A stretch of 64,000 bases of DNA from Trichoplax sp. H2. Its lineage: Eukaryota. Position 1 is the first letter of the stretch. Each line of letters opens with the position of its first letter. This document shows, in pieces, positions 13,640 to 28,600 of this stretch. The position numbers and the translations under genes are program-made. The stretch is from assembly GCA_003344405.1 (NCBI GenBank), contig NOWV01000141.1, positions 1 to 64,000 on the forward strand. Direction: 5' to 3'. Under the pieces are notes generated by a model. It had not been told where the DNA came from, searched no databases, and was given only the letters and a program-made list of their open reading frames with translations.

Positions 13640-15578
13640 CAGCCTACATTCATTCTATACAACCTGCACAGATTTTATTACCTTTTTACGTTGTGAATTG
13701 GATTTCTTTGTGCCATAGCCATTGATCAATGATTATGCACTGAATAAATTCAATAAGGAATACTGCAATTCTAAAACTAAAACAGGTGTAGAATTTATTA
13801 TTATAAGCAAAGAGAATCTTATTATGCCCTATGAACTATCAAGTATAATTATCTTACGGCAGTAAGCATGTTTGTTCATGGATGACCTATAGACTAGTTT
13901 TCAAATGATTGCATACTATAAAAATCGTTGACTTTTGCGTTGATGATTTTGGATAGCTGTAAATTGGTATTACTTACGTAGATCTAGATATATTTGGCAT
14001 GTAAAGCTCAGGCTGACTAGAATAAAGACAAATGGATTACTTAACACTGACTACAATAATTACAAATAGCTATCCAGCGGCTAATAATGATGCTTTATTT
14101 GTAAAAAACAAAGAAATCAATAGAAGGGAAAATAGTCGAAATAGAGCCAATTAATTGCTACATTTCGTGCAAACTTTGATTCTAATAGCTCTTTGTAGCA
14201 ATTATGAGATTATTCATTATTGCCAATTATCAGTTTGACTATCGTAGTGGATATTAAAAACGTTTATTGGTAATATACCTTCCATGAATTTACTATCATA
14301 TTTAGGACTATATTAGAAAATTCTTGTATGATGAGAATAGTTTGCAATTGGTTATTTCTAACGATTGATAATAATATCGAAAAATCTTACCTTTCTTTCG
14401 TAAGTTTGTTATTAAGCATCCATAAGAGGTTATTACGATCGGAGGTTCAATAAAGTAACAGAAATAGACCTTCATAGTGATCAACTAACTAAGACACCTA
14501 CTCGAGGAATAATTCGTGTATACGCCCTGCAAATTGTAGAAGACAGAAGATAGTTATTGTAGATTAAACACAATCTAGCAACAGACGGTAATGTATTATG
14601 TTACTGTTGTAGTAGAAGTCCTGTAAAGTAGGAAAATAATAATTACTAACTGTCGCGACCAAAAATGTGATGCAGAAAACTACCTTAGTTTAGGTATAGT
14701 TAGTTCTATGGTAATGTCTTCTAACCGTTTTTAATCACTAAAAGCCTAGTGATATTACCTTAATTAGTTTATATACAAGAACTGCTTAACACAAAAAGAA
14801 CTTTATTAAAGAACTTTTGCTACAACCCCATCTATCTAACATTGTTAATAAATTATTAAGCTCTTTTATACTTTTTACAAGGCTAACTCGTATACGAATG
14901 ACAAGCAAAATACCTATAAAGTTGTTTAATTCCTATAATACTAATTTAATATGGGTTTACATCAAATAAAATCTTGTTATTAATGGATTTTTCACATACT
15001 CAGGTTATAATTAACATTTAGTATTATTATCTCACGTCAACCTTTATATATGTTATAACACTATGTTCAGTACTAACAGTTTCTATTAACAACATAATAT
15101 CTAGTTAATCATTCATAGTAAACAATTTCCCACAATTTACATCTTGATCATTATTCCATTAACAGTTTCGCAGACACAATTAACGCTAACAATTTTTCCA
15201 TGAACGGTCTTGTGACTCAATTTATTAGTAAATATTCCCGAAAATAATATAGCTTTCATCATTACAATATTAATCATACTGTAAAACTAATATAGCTTAT
15301 TAATTAATTATCAGATGACAGCATTTTCTTTTAGTAACTATCCGCAACTGTATCATGAGCTCGTCATGAAGCAGTGTTTATAGCCAACCTTATTTTAAGC
15401 AACTGGCCGAGTAAGGAAGATTAAAAGTATTTTTAAACTCTTGCCCTGCTGGAAATTGTATTGCAGTTCTCAATTTCGATTTGATAATTTCGAAAAGAAT
15501 CACTTTTAGCGACTGGTTAAAAAAATACTTGCAAGGTCTTTAAATGTTCTTCTATACTCTAAATTTCCTGTATCTGGT

Positions 15579-15803
15579 TGTAATGTAACTTAGTATTGTG
15601 ATTGTAGACTGTTAGCCATGTGTAGTATAATGTACGGTAGATATTTATCCTAAAAGATATTTGGTAGCTGTAACTATAGACTGTAGTGGTAGAGACTCTA
15701 TGCTAGAGTACAGATGACTATATACAGTAAGCTGTTGAGTTACTAACATGGCTATAGGTAAAAATAGAACTGTAAATCATATATTAGGATATGGTTAATT
15801 CAT
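15579..15803 (+). mobile_element. Possible LTR-retroelement 5' end running into the gap
   Basis: Similarity to the duplicated block (18462 onward) stops abruptly at GTATCTGGT|TGTAATGTAAC. The unique sequence starts with TG and ends at the N-gap. No 3' end or TSD is visible. Confidence 0.35.
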
Positions 15804-15823
15804 NNNNNNNNNNNNNNNNNNNN

Positions 15824-18462
15824 AGACATCGTTATGATGATTGCATTGTAACGGCACATAATCCCTTTCACACTTCATCTATGGTAATCTAAACTAAAAT
15901 TAAAGCTACTCAATATTTGAATCACTTGCATCTCCAACATTACACAGAGATGAAGTATTTTTGTACCACAATAACTATCTCATACTTCATCTACACTTAT
16001 CTGAACTAGAATTAAAACACTTCAATATCTGAATGAATAGATCCCCAATATTATGAGAAATGAAGATCTTGTTGTGCCACAATATCCATCTCATACTTAA
16101 CTGAAATTAGAACTATTCAATATTCGAATCCATAGCATCTCTAATTTGATACAGAGATGAAGATCTTACGGATATTTAGCAATCCTTCCATTTGGGACAA
16201 TTGGAAGTAAAATTTCCCAAAATTTGATTGTCCAATAAATAATATTACAAAAGCATACTTGTATAACTTTGACAAGCCTTATACTCCTTTCAATTTAAAA
16301 TAACCGCTATATATCAAGTTAGTTTCAATGTCAGTATTCCATATTAGAGTATGTCTGAGCAGCTAGACTTACATCATATACGTCAATTCCGCTCATTTTA
16401 ACCATGGCTAAGTTTAAGCTTACTGATGATCCTACACCAATATTAGAAGTTTTTCTTTGACAAGCTCTGCCAGGTACTGAATTGAAGCTGCTAGAATGAT
16501 CAGTAATTCTCTTTTTAAAGGGCCGATAACACATAGTTGTTTCTTCTTCTTGATCATTATTGGCATTATCAGACATGGTATGGATCTTCTTTATTTTTGT
16601 CATATTGAAAAAAGAAATTTTAGCTACAGTATAAGTTCAGCATTAAGCTGTAGATTAGTTGATGATCGATAAAGGTTGGCTTTCCAAGCTGTTTTTACAA
16701 ATGGATTTGCAACTCAATTCAATTCAATACTAACTAGCTAGAGGAAACGACAATTCACTTTATCTCTAACTATCGAACAATCGTTTGTTTCGCCAGCCTA
16801 CAGTGAATTATCTCATTTCAGAAGATGCGAATAAACACTATTTACTCTCTGGAACTCAAAGATTTAATTAGCATATCAAGCCAAATTTATAACGATGTAG
16901 GTAATTACTTGATGAATAAGTTCGATGGTTGTTATGGAGACCAGCCTACATTCATTCTATAGAACCTGCACTGATTTTATTACCTTTTTAAGTAGTGAAT
17001 TGGATTTCTTTGTGCCATAACCATTGATCAATAATTATGCACTGAATAAATTCAATAAGGAATACTGCAATTCTAAAACTAAAACAGGTGTAGAGTTTAC
17101 TATTATAAGCAAAGAGAATCTTATTTTGCTCTATGAACTATCAAGTATAATTATCTTACGGCAGTAAGTATGTTTGTTCATGGATGAGCTATAGACTAGT
17201 TTTCAAATGGTTAATTGATCAAAAATATTGGATAAGGTTCCTACTGCAAAAGTACGCTTATAGGTTACGTTTTTATATATATAGATTAGAAGAGGGATTG
17301 TCACCCACACGAGTAATACCACTGTCTACTCTCTTCTAATGTGAGTGATCAACTAACTTACTAGCTACTTAGTCACCAACTAACTATGGAGAGATACAGT
17401 AAGTAAGACTAACAAATTCCTCACAAGTATAATAAGCGGCTTGATGTAAGATTAGTTTTATGAGTTTTACTCCTATTTATACCACGAGAGTGTAGTACCT
17501 TGTCGTATAAGATGAGGTTATCTAGTGCATAAAACATAAGAAACATTGCATACTATAAAAATCGTTGACTTTGCGTTGATGATTTTGGATAGCTGCAAAT
17601 TGGTATTACTTACGTAGATCTAGATACATTTGGCATGTAAAGCTCAGGCTGACTAGAATTAAGACAAATGGATTACTTAACACTAACTATAATAATTACA
17701 AATAGCTATCCAGCGGCTAACAATGATGCTTTTCTGTAAAAAACAAAGAAATCAATAGAAGTGAAAATAGTCGAAAAAGAGCCAATTAATTGCTACATTT
17801 CGTGCAAACTTTGATTCTAATAGCTATTTGTAGCAATTATGAGATTATTCATTATTGCCAATTAGCTGTTTGACTATCGTAGTGGATATTAAAAACGTTT
17901 ATTGGTAATATACCTTCCGTGAATTTACTATCATATTTAGGACTATATTAGAAAAATCTTGTATGTGACTCTCTTAAGTATGATGAGAATAGTTTGCAAT
18001 TGGTTATTTCTAACGATTGATAATTATATTGAAAAATCTTACTTTTCTTTCGCAAGTTTGTTCTTAAGCATTCATAAGAGGTTATTACGATCGGAGGTTC
18101 AATAAAGTGACAGAAATAGACCTTCAGAGCGATCAACTTACTAAGACACCTTCTCGAGGAATAATTCGAGTATACGCCCTGCAAATTGTAGAAGACGTAA
18201 GATAGTTATTGTAGGTTAAGCACCATCTAGCAACAGACGGTAGTGTATTATTTCACAGTTGTAGTGGAAGTTCTGTTTATTTTAATCAACTGGCCGAGCA
18301 AGGAAGATTTAAAATATTTTTAAACTCTTGCCTGCTGGAAATTGTATTAAAATTCTCAATTTCGATTTGATAATTTCGAAAAGAATCACTTTTAGCGACT
18401 GGTTAAAAAATACTTGCAAGGCCTTTAAATGCTCTTCTATCTCTAAATTTCCTGTATCTGGT
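15824..18462 (-). repeat. Duplicate of 12506-15578 (paralog A intron 1 part, coding exon 1 at 16373-16603, and upstream region); probable alternative haplotype
   Basis: High identity by eye, with large indels (about 17210-17544 only here; about 14625-15389 only in the first copy). It starts exactly at the gap edge. Exon 1 differs by one amino acid (DTANN vs DNANN). No further TRPA exons follow this copy. Confidence 0.9.
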
Positions 18463-19617
18463 TTATTAATTTATCAGATAGAACTATATGAATTTTATAT
18501 TGTAGAGTAGTTTGTAAATGGGAAAGTACGAGATATTAGTGATTGCATATAAATTTTTAAATTCGGCTTAGCGATTAACGGCAACAGAATATTAGTAAAT
18601 AAGCTTTAGATAACGTTGGTGAATGATCATTTCTATTTGCTATATGTGTTTTAGAAACAAGAAAAATTTACGATAGTTTTTAGATATGATGGCATTTTAT
18701 TCAAGTAAATTGCAATGCAGATAAATTGATTACTAAGATTGACTGATACAAGTCAGAATAATTACTCGGAAAAATCATCTTAAATAAACAGCAATATTCT
18801 TATAACGTATTCGCATATAGATATAAACCAGTGACATTTTACGGCAAAGAATCTCAAGTCATCACAAGACGAGCTGCATTATAGTTAAGGAGATTATTGT
18901 TTCAATACCCGTGCATATTTCGGATACATTTTAGATATTATAAACAAACACAATATCGAAACACTAGCGGTGAAATGGTTGCGATATGCGAAAATTTACT
19001 GTAATAATCAAACGTAAGACTAATCTTTTGGTGATACTAAGCAAAATATTAATCCAGAATCTTCGTGATTAGTTCAATGTGAGCTACAGCATGGTAACAA
19101 GACTATATACTTTGTAAACATGATAGTAATGGATAAAATGATAGTTTATAACAATAAGTGAAAAAAATAACACTGCAGTGGATGATTTCGGAACACAATG
19201 ATATTTGAAACTTAATATTATGTGGTTGAGAGAATAGGTTGTAAATGAAATACTGATCAATATCACATATTGTATTAAAGAAATGCTAAAATAAGAGCAT
19301 GATAATCTATTTTACAAAGATGGTTATAATAAGAATTGATTTAAACTGGTATTTAGCAGCATTAATAATGTATTTGTTGAACATATTCCATAAATGTTAT
19401 ATATTGTGCCAGTATACACGCATGTTGCAGATATTTATGCATTTTGTAAATTAATAGTCATCTTTACATTTTGATCAACTGATCCATCTCAGAATACTTA
19501 CAGCTTATTTTAAATTAAAATCGGTTAGAATAATCTTTATTCTCTCTACGTAAAAAAAAAGTTATAAGGCATACCCTAATGCAGATTAAAATAAAAGTAT
19601 TACTTTTTCAGATAGCA

Positions 19618-22600
19618 TTAGCCGAAGGAATATTTTTCACTTCCATCGGCTTTAACTGCTTGTAAGACTTGATCAATCAGTTTTTTGGTTTCAGTGCGGT
19701 TGATATTGCCATGAAAGTTAATATCTGATTTCGCGTCTTCAATTAAATCTTTTAACCGACTTATTCTGAAGATAATTATAAAAAATTATATTTCATTAAT
19801 TATGATTTACTGAAAGTGCTTAAAACATAATAATTCTTACTCCGTTTGTTGCCTTAAAACCAGAGCTTTCAAATCTTTTAAATTAGTCTCCTGATCAGCT
19901 TCATTTTTATCTTCTTGAATGAATTTTAATTTGGCAGTTAAATTATGCCAAATTTGCTAAATTACATTATTTAAGAAAGGATAACATTTAAAGATTTTGT
20001 TAACTTTTTTAAGACATAAGCAGTAAAATGTCTACCTTTTGCGAATAGCTCGAGTGTTTATCTTTCCTGATAGTTAATCCTGGACTATGCATAATCTTTT
20101 TAATGAACATCGGATATGATTCGTATGATCCAATAATTAACTGAAAATGATTTTTAGCTTGGTTTAAGCTAGCTGTTTCTTTGACTTCATTTATATCACC
20201 GACGGCAAGACCAATCTATATATTGGATTTTAGGGCATATTTCTCAGTTAATTCAGCTACTATAATGAACTAGTATGCTCAACGACACATTAGCATTACA
20301 TCTTACTCATGTTTCGATGAAATTAGCATTTATAAAGGCTAGCTTATTTATAATTTGTTAGGTTTTCAAACATTATAATCTAAGAAATAATCCTTAATAC
20401 TAAAGGATATAACTCATTACGGCTTTACGACTATCTGAAAGAAAGGCTGTTAGTAACAAATCATATATATCAAAATAGATACTGATATAATCCTATAGAA
20501 GTCTAATAAACTAGACTAAAGAGTTATCTAGGATATATTATATCCTCATACAAAATGATTATGAAATTTAAGATTAAATCTAATCAATTACATGATAATT
20601 AACCCGCGCATAATATCTGAATTTCTTATTTCTATCAATAGAATTGCTCCATTAGCATTGGTAATAATTTTAAAGAATATATAATCTTTCTACATCTCAC
20701 CAGCAAGTTTGCAAATGCAATGTTAATAACAATAACCATAATTCCAAAAAGTAATAATTCAACTTTAAACCCAGCCAATCTTCCTGTACTACTTAAATGG
20801 CTGAAGGTATCGGCATAATTAATCTCTCCAGTCATCATGGTTAATACTGTAACTATTGCGATATCAAACCCACGGAATATTGTCTGTATCAGTAATAAAG
20901 AATTCATTTAATAAGTACAACTGCTACAATAGTGTGTTTCGATTTCTCAATGTATTGAGCTAGCGGTATCTTTTATATATTGCATCTATTACTATAACAG
21001 GAAAACATGGCTGAGAATGCGTGTTAATAATTTTCTTACCATATCGCTTAATATCATTGAAAAAGCAACAGCAAATGCGACCAGAAATAGTACAAAGACC
21101 ACTGAAGCTTTAAGAATGGTCATCATGGTGGCAAAAAACATTGATATGTATAGGCCTACACCAGGAAGACTAGAATGCAAGATTAACATCATTAAACCTA
21201 TACAGTAACAATCTAATCATTGCTTTATTGTAATCCTTAATATCATCCGTTAATTAAATGTACACACTACTCGTATATATACACGAAGCTGTATTACAGC
21301 TGTATGTATCTATTTAATACAGAGTTGGAAAAACATTACTTGAAGAAATAAATAAACCGTCATATTCTATATATCTTTATGGTTATTAGTACACTTAAAA
21401 CAGTTTTTTCTCTATTGGTAGAGTAATTTGTCTCATAACAGTGCATCTAGCAAACTATCGCGTTATACGTACTTTAATAAGTAAAGTTAACTGGCATCTG
21501 TTGTAGTAAAGGTACTTTTTTACATCCACTGAACAATAGCTTTACTTTCATAAAGCTATTTTAATGATTTGTATTATAAAGAATATGAATTCTAAGTCAG
21601 CCTTACTTTCTCAATATGTATATGATGTTGACAAATAAGCAAAGAACAAGAAGCGTTCCAATACGAATACTCCCATAATTAATCGGCTTATCGAATGGTA
21701 GAGCGTAAAGCAGACCAAAGATTGATATAAGCACTTCAAATAAAGTTTGTTTCAAGAAATAGAGGAAAATTCGCCGCTGAAAATAAGAAATTGTCAAGAA
21801 AATGCTATAATTAAAACACTTTAATTCTTCGTAAATGCTTTTTAATTCAAGTTTTATTTGGGACTTTCATGACAACTCTAAGCGCTGATGTTGATATGGG
21901 AAAAGAAGCCTAACGTTATTATTAGAGTTTGAATTAGCCCGAAGATATCAATACTCACTCCAGCCAAGAAAAAGTAGCTTAAGGTTGATAAAATTACCAT
22001 CACTGTAATAAATACAATAATGTTTCGAATAGGAACTCCGGGTTTGGCCTAATACAAAAAAAACGCAATAGATGTAATATACTGACTAGTATGCAACTGA
22101 TTTCCTCATCATTAAGGTAAGATATATCGACAATTTATATATCGAATTGGGGAAAAATGAATATAAAACAAGTTTCTATTTTATTACAAAGATTATCACC
22201 GATTTTATCGCAAACTTACTATTGAAACGTAGGAATTTGGAACACTTGAATTTTGCACAAAATTCACGAAATCTATAGTATTCATGCTAATAGGAATACC
22301 CAATCCAAATAAATAGAGAATATCTAACGCTATTTTACACGCGTATATAAGTTGAAGAGCTGCCTTCCTATGATTGCAGAGGAATGACAAATGATCAGTG
22401 TTTCTTTTTGTACTATGTAAACGATTATCATACTTAAATTTAATAATTTAAATAGGTCTGCTCGAAGTTTAATCTAATTAATTCGTATTACTGGCAATAA
22501 AGGAGATTTTGTATCATTTTTATGATTAATCTCAAAATACTATATCATACGAATAGATAGCTCTTTTATGAAACGTTAATGTTCTTATATACCATTTTGC

Positions 22601-25600
22601 ATATGCATAAGCGTTAATTAAAGGATGTTTCATCAGCCTAACACGATCAAGAGCGCAAATACTCTGCAATAGACAATGAGAAGATTGTTAAAGATAATGA
22701 CAGATCTTTCTCTACCTGCTACAAATTTCACAACTGAAAGCTAAAAATATCTCATGAGGTGCAACAGATACTTAATTTTGGTAGACAAGAGCTCATGAAT
22801 GTGACAGAATATAACTCTATAGTATTATGTCTATCTAAAGTAGAATGCCTATAAAGAGATTCTTACATTCAGTGCAATATATTTTTCCTTAACATCTTGT
22901 AAATGAGTATCTTCAGGTGATGATTCAAGGTGTGTAAAATCAAAAGCTACCTAAATTTAGAAAAATAGGAATTTAAAATAATTGTTGTCATCTTTACCAT
23001 TAAAATTATGCAAGTCAATTTATCGACCTTAAGAATATAAAATAGCTTGACATCAAATCTAAATTTATATGTAGCTAATTTACAGCTATCTAAACGCTAT
23101 TATTTAGAACTAATGCAGAGAAATTAATTAAATAAACGATTGATCTGATCCTTCTAGCTTGTGATAATAGCAACTAGATGGTATATACTCGTATATAACA
23201 ATCATACGAGTACGTTTCAGAAAATACTTTCTACCTGTTTCCATTCATCTTTACCATATTTGCTTTTCGTATATGTTATTGATTTGTCCATAACGGCCTG
23301 AATATAAATAAACCAGAAAATGAAATTAATGGGAAGTAGAGCCATAGGAAACAACCACAAGTAAAAGTATTAATGTATTGATATAATCGATTTAATTATT
23401 TTGTCTTGACTCCTAATATAGCTTAATATTTATATCTTTTGCTGATTACTGGTCTTAAATTCATAATTGTGAAAATAAAATGATTAATTTCATACATCAT
23501 TTTCGGAGCATCTCAAATTTATACCCTACAACACCACTAGTAGACCGTATACTCGATATAGCACTGTTTGATACTTACCTCTGCAACAAGGGGTAATCGT
23601 TCTATTAATCGTTTCATTGGATTATAGCCGTCAAATGATCTATTATCCATAACCCTATCCCAGCTAACATTTCATAAGGAAGTTATATTAACAAACTTAG
23701 AAATGATTCTTAATTTTAAATATATCCATATAGCTAAAGAAAATGAAATTTATTGTTTCAGCTTTAAAACAGTTCATATATTGGGAGTAGAATAATATAG
23801 TTCAATAAGTGCAAGAAATCGAGAACTTACAATCTTGTTTCAATTATAGCTAGGCCAATATCACTGTAGCGAAATTCACAAGCTATATCTAAACAGTTTT
23901 GGTCCTTATCATTTCTAACAGAAGGATCTGCACCTTTTTCCAGCAACAATTTAGCCGCTTCTATATGCCCTGACTCGCATGAAAGCACCAACGGCGTTTT
24001 CTAAGGTATAGAAATCATTTTAATGAACAAGAAAACGGGAATGTAAGTGTGATAATACTGTTACTGACGCATTCTTTCAAGCTGTACTTTTATTTAATTA
24101 ACGATAAACAGGAAGTATAACTGTGATAATGCTATCGTTGATACATTATTTTTTCGAGCTGTGCTGTAATTTTGATTTAAAGTTGATGTGGAGTTCTTCA
24201 AGCAGGATTGCAGACTAACACATTAAAGTAATTACTATCCTCTTGTGTAATAAACTTCGTTCAGTTAAATTGTAAATTGATATAATGTAATTTATAAGCT
24301 GCATATGAGTATATAAGAATAATAAGCTTTGTAATCACCTGACTACTATTTTAGTAAATAGGATTTAATAAATATTTCCTGCAATAGCTTATTTAAAAAC
24401 AATTGAGTCAGTATTGCTCTACTGAATTATAGTGGGAATTTCTCATCTTGTGCTGGATTACTTAAAGAATTGCCTTATTTTAGATAATTTAATTTAGCAT
24501 AACTTTCTTGGTTATCATTATTAATTGATATTATATTAATCTGGTCTGCATTGGTACCGCAATCCAGAATTATTCAATCCTCACCTTTCCTTCATTAAAA
24601 GCATCAACAATTGCTTCCTTTGATAGTAACAGTTGAACACTGCTGGCAAAACCATATTTTGCAGTATAGTGCAAAGGAGTCCAACCACAATTATCCCTAG
24701 TAAAGTAAAATAAGATGCCTCAAAGTGCTACCTCTATTGCCATAGTTTTAAAATCAAGTAAGTTCATTCGCGTTAATTTTAGCTTTATATTACACATTCA
24801 ATACGTATCCAAATAACATATTACATAGAGTTAGTCAAATATCCTACTTTGAATGAGCTATCATACACATAGTATTTTAATGTACATTTACCTAGTATTA
24901 ACATCAGCTCCATGTTTAATTAAATATTGTATAACTCGATTATTGCCGTTCTTTGCAGCTAAATGTAAAGGTCTCTGCCCAGTTGCGTTGCGTGAATTAA
25001 CATTAATAAACGGCATGTGATCGGTGATAATTTTAACCGTGTCGCGATGGTTATTTAATGCAGCTAAATGCAAGATGTTATTGCTATTGCTGTCTTCATG
25101 TTGCATAACAAATTCTTGAAATCGCAGAGCCATTTGCAATAATATCTGTACATTATTTAAAATATAATTGCAAGATTCTTAGTTTCTTAGTTGATGCTGT
25201 CGAATCATTTATATTTCATTCATTCAGGTATTCTCTAACAGAAGAACTTTAACATAGATTTTGATAGTATATATTCAAGAACTTATGTTAGCTACAATTA
25301 TTATTATCCTCTTACAGCTACAGATCCAGAGGATGCAGCTGTTAGTGGTGGAGTAAGCCCAAGTTTATCACGAACGTTGATGAGATCGATGCTACTGTGC
25401 TAAATGTTACAATGTAAAAAAATATTTACAATTTTGTTGCGCAACGTATCGATAATGCTATAAATCTAAAATCTCCAAACTTACTTCTATAACAGCCGTC
25501 AATGCACCTTTACAATATTTTTTTGCGATTAAATGAAGGCAGTTCCTGCCCTCTTGATCTCGTCCTTCAGTACTTGCACCATTTTGTAATAGAAATTCGA

Positions 25601-28600
25601 TTGCATCAGCGGCATCATGATAGGCTGCTGCCATTAACGGAGTTTGCAATTTAGCATCTCTGACTTCGACTAAGGCTCCCTATTAAAAGCATGATCACTA
25701 TAATTAATTTTTCTAACTTAATTTATTTGGCTTGGCCTAACTTCACAATATTTCTTGATCTTACATTATTCATTAAGAAATTCATCAATTTGACATTATT
25801 ACTTAAAGCAGCATAATGTAAAGCCGTTCTGGATTTCGAATCAGGAGTATTAACTTTAGCACCTCTTGCAATTAAAACTTCTGTAATTTCGTAATATCCA
25901 TTCAATGCAGCCAAATGTAAGGGAGTTAGAAGTTCAGACTATGCAAGTTATTTGACGAAAATATAATAACCTTAGCATTGCAATGCAAGATTAACGGTAT
26001 TACTCTATTTTAGTGAAGATTTTATTCCGATCGTGGCTTAATTTTGTGTTTAAGCTCTGATATACTTACCGATTGGCTCTCTATATCTGCTCCAAAAGCA
26101 ATGCATAATTTTGTATTCTGATGAAAGACAGAAATGTCAAATATTCTGAGCAATAGCGAATATTATGATTTCTAGTATTTCACATTTATAAAAGCAATTA
26201 ATTATTAAAATTATTATAAAAAGAATCTTATTACGGCCCCGCTTACATAACTAAGCCTAAAGCAGTAAAACTATTTTATATCGAAACATTTTAAGGCGAG
26301 AGATACCTCGACAGATCCTGAATCAACTGATAAATGAATAGCTGTCATTCCAAGTTCATTTGGAACGAGTACATAATCATGTTTTCCCTGCGTAGCGGCT
26401 AATCAAGGCAGATAAAAAATAAGTAGAGTTTCATTCCTTTATAGAATTTAACAACTGCACAATCTATCAAATATTATGATTTAGTAGTAAAACTATATTG
26501 ATAATTAGATCCAGACTTGCGCGACAGTTAGCAATGAAAATATATGTAAAATACTTCCTGTATGTCAATCTGAAGGTATGGGCTAGCAGAAACAACTCAA
26601 AGTAAGTTAGGTTAAAGCTTAAGCATTTACCAAATTCTAGTATTATTTTCATTATTTCAGTTTTCTTTCGCTTGGCTGCTAACAGCAATGCTGTATGACC
26701 AGGCACATCTTTTCTATAAATATTTGCTCCACTTCGAAGCTAACATTAAATACAGCATTATTAGCATAATATTATAGATTTAACAAAGTTAGAGATCAAA
26801 TTAGCAGAATTTAAGGCGATGTTCAGAGATTATTAATTATTAGAATAGTTAGTAAAAAGACTACTACCGAAACTGATAATTTACTCTGCGTTTTTTTTAT
26901 ATTTTCATACACTGATCAAGATTAACAGCAATTATCAACATAGATTCATGTTTGTCTGTTAAATTATTAAGCTGTAATCTATAACTAAGTTTAAAGCTAA
27001 ATTATCTAGCAGCTCAAGGAAGATTACCACCTACCTACACTAGTACTCCGTTTTGCTTATTTTTATATTTTCATGCACAAATCAAGATTAATAACAATTC
27101 TTATCGACTTATGCTTGTACGTAATAACTAAATTTAAAGCTAAATATATCTAACAGCTCAAGGAAGACTACCACCTATATTAGTAAATTTATTCTGCATA
27201 TTTTTATATTTTTATGCAAAAATCAAGATTTAAAACAATTCTTAAGTAATCTTGCTTGCTTGTCTAATCGAATATATATGTATAACATATATATGTATAT
27301 ATATATATGTTTGCATGCAGTACGCTATAGCTAAATTTACAGCTAAAAATATCTATTGGCTCCAGTTTAAAGATTAAATAAACTCTAATTTCACTTACCA
27401 GCTTTTGCACGATATTTTTAGAACAAGCTGCTACTGCTAAATGTAGCGATGTTTCTCGCTCTTTATCATAGGCGTTAATAATGGTTCGGGTCACTTTCTT
27501 GAGGTCGGCCTCATATAAAATAGTCTAAATAGATACAGTTAAATATTACATTATTTTATGATTTATTTGAATAAGAAAAGCGGAATGATTCCATAAATTA
27601 TGCCTAGATCTTTCTGAAATATCAAATTGAATATTACCTCCACAGCTTCATTACTACCATTTTCGCAGGCATAATGCAAAGGTGTTCTTAGAGTACTATC
27701 GACGACATCAAGCATGGCATCATTTTGGAGTAGAGCTTTGACTGCTGCACATGAATTATGTTTTGCAGCTAGATGTAATGGTGATACTTCGGCGTTTCCG
27801 ATGGTAACATCAATAGCTAGGTAATAGTAAAAATGCTTAGTTTAGGTAGAGATCTTTAAAAGAAGCTAATTTGTTACAATATGACGGTGATTGCAATAGA
27901 AAATAAATTGGATACAGCGATTAAGAAGTAATGATTGCTAATAGCACCTGCTTCGTGTTTTGCTAGGCAGTTAATAATTTCACCGCGATTATGGATAGCT
28001 GCATGATGCATAAGAGTTAAGCTATTTTCGTCTGGATAATTGATTCTATCCAAGTAAAATCGTGACTTAAATGCCCTTTTTAAGTCATCTAAATTTCCCT
28101 TTTTAACTGCCTAGATATGAAAGAAAAAAGTAACGAATTGATCCCTAATATAGAATAATATTAATAGCTATTTAATAATTTAATATAACTTAAATAAAGT
28201 TAGCAAGGCAATTTTTAGAATTAAGATAAAGCAATGCGGGACATTTTTAGGCCTAGCAGCACATCTCATCAGGATCGTCAATATTGATTGATTCACAAAG
28301 TACAATAAGCTTGCTGAAATACGTGCTAGCGCTTTTTTTTTCTAATAGACCGGAAAGGTGGTATCCGGTAAGAGATTTGTTATGTTTCATGCTGGAAAAT
28401 AGTTTAATTAAGGATTGTCATCATCAATCAATAAATCAGACTTTGGCATTGGATAAGCTTTTAACCGGAAAGTTATATTCTTATTGAAATTCATTGAACC
28501 AGTCTACTGCTTGATAGCTTTTCACATCAAATCTTGCATGAATTTACTTTATTTGAAATATCCGTGATAGTATATTTGCGGCGTTTTATAATAGGCTTAA

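Noticed and set aside
16331-16603. A fourth TRPA gene or standalone 90-aa protein
   Set aside because: Only exon 1 is present. The ORF tail past DVYD is intron read-through, and the block abuts a gap and mirrors 12506-15578.
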